Assembly: GCF_001457595.1 (NCBI RefSeq)
Contig: NZ_LN831039.1
Location: 4,830,001-4,862,000 of the forward strand
DNA length: 32,000 nt
Source of the DNA: Mycolicibacterium smegmatis
GTDB taxonomy: Bacteria; Actinomycetota; Actinomycetes; Mycobacteriales; Mycobacteriaceae
Direction of reading: 5' to 3'
Below are positions 10,534 through 17,811 of the stretch, in pieces (position 1 is the stretch's first letter; each line of letters starts with the position of its first letter). The notes under the pieces were generated by a model. That model saw only the letters and a program-made list of their open reading frames with translations. It ran no database searches and was not told where the DNA came from. The position numbers and the translations under genes were made by a program.

Positions 10534-12267
10534 ATGACCCGCAGTTCTGTCATAGGTGTTCTGCGCGAGCGAGCGAGCCTGCAACCCGGCGACGTCGCAT
10601 TCACGTTCATCGACTACGACACCGACCCCGAGGGCGTCGCGCACACCCTCACGTGGTCGCAGCTGAATCGTCGCGTGCAGAGCCTGGCATACGAGATGCA
10701 GGCGCGCAGCGCAGTCGGCGACCGTGCCGTGATCCTCGCGCCGCAGGGCCTCGACTACGTCGTGGCGTTCCTCGCGTCGTTGCAGGCCGGGAGGATCGGC
10801 GTCCCGCTGTCGGTGCCATTCCCCGGTGTCCACGACGAACGTGTCACCGCGGTCCTGCGCGACACCGCGCCTTCGATCGTGCTCACCACGTCGGCGGTGT
10901 CCTCGCACATCGCCGAATATCTCGAACCGCAGGCGGGTCAGGCCGCGCCGTGGATCGCCGAGATCGACACGCTCGACCTCGACACCCGGCGTCGCCCGGT
11001 CAAGCGCGAGCAGGCGCCGGAAACCGCCTACCTGCAGTACACCTCGGGCTCCACGCGGACACCGGCCGGCGTCATGGTGTCGCACCGCAACCTGACGGCG
11101 AACTTCGAACAGGTCGTCGCCGGCTTCTTCCCCGACAACATCGCGCCGTCGGACACCACCTCGATCTCGTGGCTGCCGCTGTATCACGACATGGGACTCA
11201 TGCTGGGCCTGTGCGCACCGGTCCTCGGCGGCTGGCACACCGTGCTCATCAGCCCGTTCGCGTTCCTGGCCAAGCCCGCTCGATGGATGCAGCTTCTGGC
11301 GACCCACCCGGCCACTGTGACCGCGGCCCCCAACTTCGCGTTCGACCTCGCGGCGAGGAAGACCTCGGACGCCGACCTCACCGGGATGGACCTCGGTGAC
11401 GTGCGGTGCGTGCTCAGCGGCAGCGAGCGGGTCCACGAGCCGACGCTGCGTCGGTTCTCCGACCGCTTCGCCGCGTTCAACCTCCACGAGCAGGCGCTGC
11501 GCCCCTCGTACGGTCTGGCCGAGGCCACCTTGTTCGTCGCGACGCGTGAAACGGGGCACCCGCCGAAGGTCGCCCGGTTCGCCGCGCAGGAGCTCTCCGA
11601 CGGCCGTGCCGTACCGTGCGACGACGAAAACGGCACCGCGCTGGTGAGTTACGGCATGCCCGAGTCGCCGACGGTGCGCATCGTGGATCCGCAGACCCGG
11701 GCCGAATGCCCGACGGGAATCGTCGGCGAGATCTGGGTGCACGGCGAGAACGTGTGCGCGGGTTACTGGGAGCAGTCCGAACGCACCGAGACGACGTTCG
11801 GCGCGTCGATCGACAGTCCGTCCTCGGGGACGCCGACCGGGCCGTGGCTGCGGACCGGCGACCTCGGGTTCGTCTCGGGCGGTGAACTGTTCATCGTCGG
11901 TCGCATCAAGGACGTCGTGATCATCCGCGGGCGCAACCACTACCCCGATGACATCGAGGCCACCGTGCAGGAGATCACGCGTGCCCGGGCCGCGGCGATC
12001 TCGGTGGACAGGGACGACGCCGAGCACCTGGTGGTCATCGCCGAGGTGCGGGAGAACCAGAATCCCGACGTGAGCCCCGCCGAGTACCTGGCCGACCTCG
12101 AAGGTGAAGTGGTGGCAGCGGTTTCCCGCTCACACGGCATCATCCCGGCCGACCTGGTGCTGGTGCGCCGCGGGGCGATTCCCATCACCACCAGCGGTAA
12201 GGTGCGCCGCGCGTCGTGCGCGGAGCAGTACCGTGACGACACGTTCGCCCGCCTCGTCCACGCGTAG
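10534..12267 (+). CDS. fadD25: Fatty-acyl-AMP ligase (FAAL-type FadD) that would load the PKS
   Basis: ATG 10534 follows a GGAAAGG box. The N-terminus LQPGDVAFTFIDY... is typical of mycobacterial FAALs. AMP-binding motifs YLQYTSGSTRTPAGVMVSHRN, GEIWVHG, GDLGF and TTSGKVRR are present. 577 aa. The symbol is by analogy with Rv1521 in the equivalent M. tuberculosis region and is tentative. Confidence 0.88.
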   Translation: MTRSSVIGVLRERASLQPGDVAFTFIDYDTDPEGVAHTLTWSQLNRRVQSLAYEMQARSAVGDRAVILAPQGLDYVVAFLASLQAGRIGVPLSVPFPGVHDERVTAVLRDTAPSIVLTTSAVSSHIAEYLEPQAGQAAPWIAEIDTLDLDTRRRPVKREQAPETAYLQYTSGSTRTPAGVMVSHRNLTANFEQVVAGFFPDNIAPSDTTSISWLPLYHDMGLMLGLCAPVLGGWHTVLISPFAFLAKPARWMQLLATHPATVTAAPNFAFDLAARKTSDADLTGMDLGDVRCVLSGSERVHEPTLRRFSDRFAAFNLHEQALRPSYGLAEATLFVATRETGHPPKVARFAAQELSDGRAVPCDDENGTALVSYGMPESPTVRIVDPQTRAECPTGIVGEIWVHGENVCAGYWEQSERTETTFGASIDSPSSGTPTGPWLRTGDLGFVSGGELFIVGRIKDVVIIRGRNHYPDDIEATVQEITRARAAAISVDRDDAEHLVVIAEVRENQNPDVSPAEYLADLEGEVVAAVSRSHGIIPADLVLVRRGAIPITTSGKVRRASCAEQYRDDTFARLVHA

Positions 12268-12271
12268 CACC

Positions 12272-13102
12272 ATGGGGACGAAAACGCCGGTCGTGGCGGC
12301 CATCCCGAACTACAACATGGGCCACAACCTCAACAGGTTGCTTCCCGAGGTGCTGGCGCAGGGTTACGACGCGGTGTACGTGCTCGACGACGCCTCGACC
12401 GACGACAGCGCGGATGTGGTGCGCCAGTTCGGCAGCGACGTGAAATTCGTGCGCAGTCCCCGCAACCAGGGGGCCGGCGCCAACCGCAACCAGATCATCG
12501 ACTGCGTCGACGACAAGACACTCATCCACTTCGTCGACGCCGACATGGAACTGCGTACCGACCGGATACCCGACACCGCGCGAGAAGTGTTCGCACGCTA
12601 CGAACATCGCGGTGTCGGCATGATCGGCGGTCTGGTGTGCCGTCACGACGGAACGCAGGAACCGCACAACTACGGTGCGGTGTTCTCCGCGTGGGGTGGT
12701 CTCACCTCGGGGCTTCCGCTTATGATCGACCGGCTGCGCGACAGGCCCAGGCTCGCGGCCGCGGCGCAGCGCATTGCCGCACCGCTCATGAAGGAGTGGC
12801 CCAACATCCTGGCCACACCCCAGCCCACCCCGGCGTACTGGCTGCACGAGGGCAACATGCTGGTCGACTCGGGTGTGCTGCGATCACTGGGTGGATACGA
12901 TCCGGACCTGCGTTGCCACGAGGCCCAGGATCTGGCGATCCGCATGGAAAAGCGTGGCATCGGACGACAGTTCGACCCTGACATCAGGGTCGTGCATCTG
13001 CACATCGACGTTCGCGGCAAGAACCGCAACCGGTGGGCCAACCACGCGGTGCGGCAATTGATCCGCAAGCACGGGCTGATGCGCTGGCTGTGCGACCGCT
13101 GA
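12272..13102 (+). CDS. Family 2 (GT-A) glycosyltransferase
   Basis: ATG 12272 lies 4 nt after the fadD stop. The track ORF start at 12104 would overlap fadD. The N-terminus VVAAIPNYNMGHNL...YVLDDASTDDS and the DxD motif FVDADME are classic GT2 signatures. 276 aa. Confidence 0.85.
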   Translation: MGTKTPVVAAIPNYNMGHNLNRLLPEVLAQGYDAVYVLDDASTDDSADVVRQFGSDVKFVRSPRNQGAGANRNQIIDCVDDKTLIHFVDADMELRTDRIPDTAREVFARYEHRGVGMIGGLVCRHDGTQEPHNYGAVFSAWGGLTSGLPLMIDRLRDRPRLAAAAQRIAAPLMKEWPNILATPQPTPAYWLHEGNMLVDSGVLRSLGGYDPDLRCHEAQDLAIRMEKRGIGRQFDPDIRVVHLHIDVRGKNRNRWANHAVRQLIRKHGLMRWLCDR

Positions 13103-13106
13103 CGCG

Positions 13107-13877
13107 CTAGATGGTCGACACGCCGCTGGCCAGCATCAGGACACCGAACAATCCGAGGATGCAGGCGAAGATCGGCCTGCGGTACGCGCCGATCCAGTCG
13201 TGCATCCTCGCCACGATCGCCTTGGTCTTCACCGGCGACGCCAGATAACCCACCAGCGGGATCTCCGCGATCGCAAATGACACGAGCGAGAACACGATTG
13301 CCGCGCAGACCTGGGTGCCGATCGCGGCGCCTGACGCTGCGATGGCCAGGATCGCGAAGCAGTACTCCAGCGGTGGGGTCGCCGAGAACAGTCCCGCGGC
13401 GAACGCCATGGCGGCCGAGTTGCCCCACCGGCCCGAGAACAGCGCGGGCCACGACAACCGGGACAACAGCGACCGTTTTCCCGACGCGGTGGATGCCGCG
13501 GGTGTTGCGGCCGCGGCAAACGCCATGGCGGACACGGGGTCGGCCACTTCCGATACCGGCGCGACGAGCGTGCGACGGCGGGCGCGCATCGCGATGACCA
13601 CCGCCACGGGTATCGCGAGCAGACCCATGGCGATCTGAAGCGGTGGGATGACCGGCTTTTCGGCAGCGGCGACGACGAATTCCGTCACCGGCCGCACCAC
13701 GCCGGGCAGGAACGTGAGCGCGATGACCGCCAGACCCACGCCGGCGGCCATCAGACCGAGCCAGTACGCCAACAGATTGGCCACCGGTCGTTCACGTCCG
13801 ATCAGCAGCAACGTGATCCCGATCCGGACCGGGTCGACCGCCGACACAAGCGCGAGTACCAGGACTGCGCTCCACAT
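13107..13877 (-). CDS. Gap/Sap-like polytopic membrane protein (glycolipid-addressing protein family)
   Basis: 256 aa and almost entirely hydrophobic, with about 6-7 predicted TM segments by eye. The N-terminus MWSAVLVLALVSAVDPVRIGITLLLIGRERP... resembles the Gap/Sap (Rv1517-like) family as I remember it. Its position inside an MmpL glycolipid locus fits. The family call is from memory, not alignment. Confidence 0.62.
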   Translation of the reverse strand: MWSAVLVLALVSAVDPVRIGITLLLIGRERPVANLLAYWLGLMAAGVGLAVIALTFLPGVVRPVTEFVVAAAEKPVIPPLQIAMGLLAIPVAVVIAMRARRRTLVAPVSEVADPVSAMAFAAAATPAASTASGKRSLLSRLSWPALFSGRWGNSAAMAFAAGLFSATPPLEYCFAILAIAASGAAIGTQVCAAIVFSLVSFAIAEIPLVGYLASPVKTKAIVARMHDWIGAYRRPIFACILGLFGVLMLASGVSTI

Positions 13878-13888
13878 ATCACACCACG

Positions 13889-15715
13889 CTATTTCTTGGC
13901 GGCAGACGCCGCTTGCTTGTCTTGCTTGCCGGCATCCTTCGCCGCTGCACCATGTGCCGCACGAGGTTTGGTCTGCCGGTCATTGTGGTCCCCGGCGGCG
14001 TGCTTCGGTGCGGAATTCTTTTCCCGCGACGGTTTCGCCGACGCGGTGTCCGAATCGGGCGCGCGGTGTTTCGGCGCGGACTCCTTGTCCGAGGGTTTGG
14101 CGGTGAGCCCGGAGGAGTGCCTGCCGCGCTTGCTCGCCGAGGTGCCCTCGGACTTCTCCTTCGGCTCGGGTTTGGCGTCGGCGGGCTTGGTCACGGCCTT
14201 GTCCTCGCTGCCGGAATCTTTCGCCACGGTGGTCGGCTTCTTCGTGTCGGACGTTTCCGGCGTTTCCGACCCAGACGGTTCCGACTCAGAGGATTCAGAG
14301 GGCTCAGAGGGCTCCGCATCGGCTTCGTCGCCCGCCTCGTCCGCGGCCTGGAGCCTGGGCTTCGTCAGGGTCGTGACCTTCGCCTGCGTTTTCTCCGTGA
14401 CCGCGCCGATCTTGGCGGTGACCGCATCTGCCTCGGCCTCGGTGGCATCTGTGAGCCGCGAGACCAGCGTGGCCTTCACCGACGAATCGTCGGCGAGCTC
14501 AGTGCCTTTGGAGGCTTCTTTGGTGAGGTCCTCGTCGGGGTCGAGGTAGTCCACGTCCGGGCCGCCCACACCGAACGGACCGGGACGCACCGTGCCGAAC
14601 GGGCGCGTGCCGTTGACATCCTCGATCGCGTTGTCCCACCCGGTGGGAATCGCGACAAGGAAATCGGCCGCGGTCTTCAGCGGGTCCTTCGCAGGAACGA
14701 GGGTCCACGGCTTGGGTTCACCGGGACTCGATGTGCGGTCGTAGCCCGATTCCACGAGAACCCGCAGTGGCGCGTCGAGGACGTCTGCCAGAAACGAGCC
14801 GACGATTGGCGTCTGTGAGAGTTCGTACAACAGCGGCAGGGTGTCCGTCGGGATCATCAGGTACCGGGTGTCGCCGTACTGGCCCTGATCGATGATGCCT
14901 GGAGAGCCGAGGCTGTAGTCCGCGTAGTGGGGATGCAACAACCGTTGCCCGGCATTCGCATTGGCGACGGCCAGCAGATTGGCGGGGTTGATGGGCTGAT
15001 CCGCCCAACCGTCGTACTGGATGGCAACGTCGATCGTCGAATACTGGGTGTCCGTCGGCGTCGACCCGTTGAACGTCACCCCACCGCCGGGCGTGCCGAG
15101 CGGGATCGTCACACCTTTGGGTCCCCGCGCGAGGAAGCCGCCGTTGGGCCGGTTTCCGTTGGCGGTCAGGATGAACGAGACGTCCGGGCCCTCTCCGTAC
15201 GGGTACAGGGCGGCAAGCCTGGCCTTTTCCAGAGTGGCGATGGCAGCGCTCTGCGAGTAGCCGAAAACCACCAGATTGTCCCCGGGCGCCGGCCGGTCCG
15301 ATCCGAGATCCTCGTTGATGTCGCACTCGTCACCCGATTCGATGCACGTCGCCAGTTTCCCGGCTCCGGCGGCGACCGAATCGTCGAATGTCAGCGAGGT
15401 GTCTCCGGGTTCACCGGAGTTGAACTGCGCGGGTGTGATGACCGCGACCGCGTTGTACGGCCCGCCGGGGATACCGCTGCCGGGCCGCGACGCCGACGGT
15501 ATGACATAGTTCCCCACAACCTTCGAGGTGTAGTCCCTGATGAACGGCAGTCCGTCCTGATCGGTGGTGAGCGGGTCCCCCGATCCCCCCATGATGAGAA
15601 CACTGGTCCTCGCGGCGGCCGCCGCAACCGAGACCACCGTCGAGACCAGACCCAGGGCCATGACGCTCAGCAGGGCGATGAGCCCCACGCGAACGTCGCG
15701 CATCGTTACGCGCAT
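13889..15715 (-). CDS. Secreted or anchored PE-PPE-domain serine hydrolase/transesterase with a roughly 210-aa charged low-complexity C-terminal tail
   Basis: ATG 15715 has GGAAGGA 5 nt upstream. There is an N-terminal signal/anchor (GLIALLSVMALGLVSTVVSVAAAAA). The GxSxG-type nucleophile elbow FGYSQS (Ser codon 15254-15256) is characteristic of the PE-PPE alpha/beta-hydrolase domain. The conserved fold ends near PDVDYLDPDED. The remaining sequence (nt 13892-14533) is rich in K/A/S/E/D/T/P. Confidence 0.8.
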   Translation of the reverse strand: MRVTMRDVRVGLIALLSVMALGLVSTVVSVAAAAARTSVLIMGGSGDPLTTDQDGLPFIRDYTSKVVGNYVIPSASRPGSGIPGGPYNAVAVITPAQFNSGEPGDTSLTFDDSVAAGAGKLATCIESGDECDINEDLGSDRPAPGDNLVVFGYSQSAAIATLEKARLAALYPYGEGPDVSFILTANGNRPNGGFLARGPKGVTIPLGTPGGGVTFNGSTPTDTQYSTIDVAIQYDGWADQPINPANLLAVANANAGQRLLHPHYADYSLGSPGIIDQGQYGDTRYLMIPTDTLPLLYELSQTPIVGSFLADVLDAPLRVLVESGYDRTSSPGEPKPWTLVPAKDPLKTAADFLVAIPTGWDNAIEDVNGTRPFGTVRPGPFGVGGPDVDYLDPDEDLTKEASKGTELADDSSVKATLVSRLTDATEAEADAVTAKIGAVTEKTQAKVTTLTKPRLQAADEAGDEADAEPSEPSESSESEPSGSETPETSDTKKPTTVAKDSGSEDKAVTKPADAKPEPKEKSEGTSASKRGRHSSGLTAKPSDKESAPKHRAPDSDTASAKPSREKNSAPKHAAGDHNDRQTKPRAAHGAAAKDAGKQDKQAASAAKK

Positions 15716-15731
15716 CGAAATCCTTCCCCCG

Positions 15732-16616
15732 CTACCGAGTTACCGGGTCCACCGGTGGAGAGAAACTCTCCAGGAACGACTTGGGCTGACGCAGACGAAT
15801 GGCAGGCCACCGCGTGAACGACGCGGGGCCCAGGGCGCTCCACAGCGTGGCAGCGGTCCCTTTCGAGGGCTCCAGACCGTAGTCGTGGCGAAGGTGCTCG
15901 CGGTACGGCAACGCGGGGCCGAAGAGGATGTTTCCCGAGTGGTTCTCGCCGGTGTCGACGTGATAGACCGCGCCGGGGAAGGGCAGCGGCTCCAGGGCAC
16001 GACCGCGGTCACGCCACCAGTCGTAGGCGAAACCGTGCTCGAGCGACCGTTCCAGCCGCTCCCCGAAGGCGTCGGCGATCGCACGCTGGCCCGAGGTGAC
16101 GGTGAGTTCGGGCGGTACCTCGTAGGCCGACCAGGGGATGATGAACGACGTGCCGCAATAACGATAGAAGTTGCGACGCAGCGCGTAAGCGTTTCGGCGC
16201 CGCGAGTAGATCCAGCCCCGTGTGCTCACCCAGCCGGGCGCCCCCGGGTGCGCGGCGACGAAAGCCGCGATATCGCGATGCACGAAATCGTCGGCATCGA
16301 CGAACATCACATGATCGGGGGCATACTCCCGGGCGGCAACCAGCCCTATCGCGTTCTTGGTGCCCTTGTCCCAGATCACCGAAGCCGGACCGGTGCGGGG
16401 ACCGTTGTGGGTCGACGGCGGCGGGAAGTCGACCTCGACGAACACGGCCCGCGGTGGGAGTTCGAACGCAGGCAACCGATTTCCGACGATGATGATGAGA
16501 TGGTCGTCACAGGACTGCCGGCTGACCGATCGAAGCGTGTCCTGAAGCAGCGCTTCGACGCGACCGTAATCCGCGGAGTTCCGCGGATGTCGCAAGGTGG
16601 TGATGAAGGCCAGCAT
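15732..16616 (-). CDS. Putative GT-A-fold glycosyltransferase (Rv1518-like)
   Basis: 294 aa. The N-terminus MLAFITTLRHPRNSADY...LLQDTLRSVSRQ and the DxD motif FVDADDF are typical of GT2-like enzymes. The codon pattern is strongly GC3-biased. The family call comes from motif memory only. Confidence 0.6.
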   Translation of the reverse strand: MLAFITTLRHPRNSADYGRVEALLQDTLRSVSRQSCDDHLIIIVGNRLPAFELPPRAVFVEVDFPPPSTHNGPRTGPASVIWDKGTKNAIGLVAAREYAPDHVMFVDADDFVHRDIAAFVAAHPGAPGWVSTRGWIYSRRRNAYALRRNFYRYCGTSFIIPWSAYEVPPELTVTSGQRAIADAFGERLERSLEHGFAYDWWRDRGRALEPLPFPGAVYHVDTGENHSGNILFGPALPYREHLRHDYGLEPSKGTAATLWSALGPASFTRWPAIRLRQPKSFLESFSPPVDPVTR

Positions 16617-16743
16617 CGCGGGGAACTCTACCGAGTTCAGAGCGTTATCACGAATCGGTGAACGCCCAAATAATCAGCCGGACAGCACATTACGTGATCT
16701 TGGAATCGCGGCAAACCACAGTGGATTTGCTCCGCGTCACCGA

Positions 16744-17811
16744 TCACACACGGGAGACCGCCAGGCCGGTCCGCAGCACCCCGTAGTCGGTGTCGAGTCG
16801 CGCGCGCAGCACGTCCACGGCCGCGCGGGTCTTCTCCCGGATCGCCGCGGCATCGTCCAGCGTCGCCAAAACCCGCTCCACCACGGCAGACACACTCAAC
16901 GCATCGGTACGCAACAACGACCGCTCATCATCGATCGACAACGCGAAATCACGGCACTTGGGCTGATACTCCAACGAGATCACCGGCGTCTGCGACAACG
17001 CCGCCAAAATCCCCGCATGCAAACGGCTCACGATCACCGCCGAACAACCAGCAAGCTCCGCAGCCGCCCCCGCCGCATCGACCGGCGCCACGATCCGAGC
17101 CCCCGTACCCGCCAACGCCTGCTCGGTCCACCGACGATCCGCACCGTTCATCAAGATCCCCACAAACCGGAACCCACGCGCCGAAAGCTCCCGCACCGCC
17201 CCAGAAATCACATCAGCCACACCAGCGGGGTCGTGGCCCCACAAGTCGTCGCCGAACCCGAGGTTCAACCCGATCACACCGTCCTGCGGCACCACCTGCG
17301 GACGATCCAACAACAACGCCGGATCACCGGCCACCGTCACCTCAAGACCCGCATCCGCCAGCAACTGCGCACTCCGCGGCCCCCGCACCGAGACCACCCG
17401 AAACCGCGACAACAACGGAATCCAGCGCCGCAACTCATCAGGCCCCGAGCCGCTGCGGCGTCCTTCGAAGACGGGGTCTTCCACGCCGACGCCGATGGCG
17501 TAACTGCCGTGTGTACCTGTCAGTTTCAGGCCGTGGCCGGCCACGCGCCGCCAATGGCGCCTACCGATCAGGGTTCCGCCGCCGATCACCTGCGCGCTGC
17601 GCCGCAACAAGCGGTTACGACCCGACACCACCGCACGCAACCGCTCCCCCGGCAACACCGGAAGATCCACGAACCCCGCGCCCGGCAACTGCGCACACAC
17701 CGCGTCATAAATCGCGTCATCACCCAGATTGCCCCGACCATGCCACCCCAGATAACCCACCAAGGGACGCACAGTGGCCGCGCCCTCGACCGGTCGGCGT
17801 GATGTGGTCAT
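16744..17811 (-). CDS. Polysaccharide pyruvyl transferase (copy A)
   Basis: 355 aa. The N-terminal GYLGWHGRGNLGDDAIYDAV and the SRLHAGILA block match the pyruvyl-transferase (CsaB/WcaK/PssM-like) family. The ATG (17809-17811) overlaps the stop of copy B (17808-17810) as ATGA. Confidence 0.8.
   Translation of the reverse strand: MTTSRRPVEGAATVRPLVGYLGWHGRGNLGDDAIYDAVCAQLPGAGFVDLPVLPGERLRAVVSGRNRLLRRSAQVIGGGTLIGRRHWRRVAGHGLKLTGTHGSYAIGVGVEDPVFEGRRSGSGPDELRRWIPLLSRFRVVSVRGPRSAQLLADAGLEVTVAGDPALLLDRPQVVPQDGVIGLNLGFGDDLWGHDPAGVADVISGAVRELSARGFRFVGILMNGADRRWTEQALAGTGARIVAPVDAAGAAAELAGCSAVIVSRLHAGILAALSQTPVISLEYQPKCRDFALSIDDERSLLRTDALSVSAVVERVLATLDDAAAIREKTRAAVDVLRARLDTDYGVLRTGLAVSRV
16791..17778. 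repeat. Tandem direct repeat, unit 1 (body of pyruvyl transferase copy A)
   Basis: Compared by eye with 17855-18845. 16791-17243 is identical to 17855-18307. There is one substitution at 17244/18308 and a 3-nt (gtc) insertion in unit 2. 17245-17448 is identical to 18312-18515. A diverged patch spans 17449-17570. 17571-17778 matches 18638-18845 with one mismatch (17671/18738). Confidence 0.95.

Noticed and set aside
10483-12027. 514-aa minus-strand ORF antisense to fadD, and likewise the 377-aa ORF 8081-9214 antisense to the acyltransferase paralogs.
   Set aside because: These are antisense high-GC artefacts. They have no motifs and overlap well-supported plus-strand genes completely.
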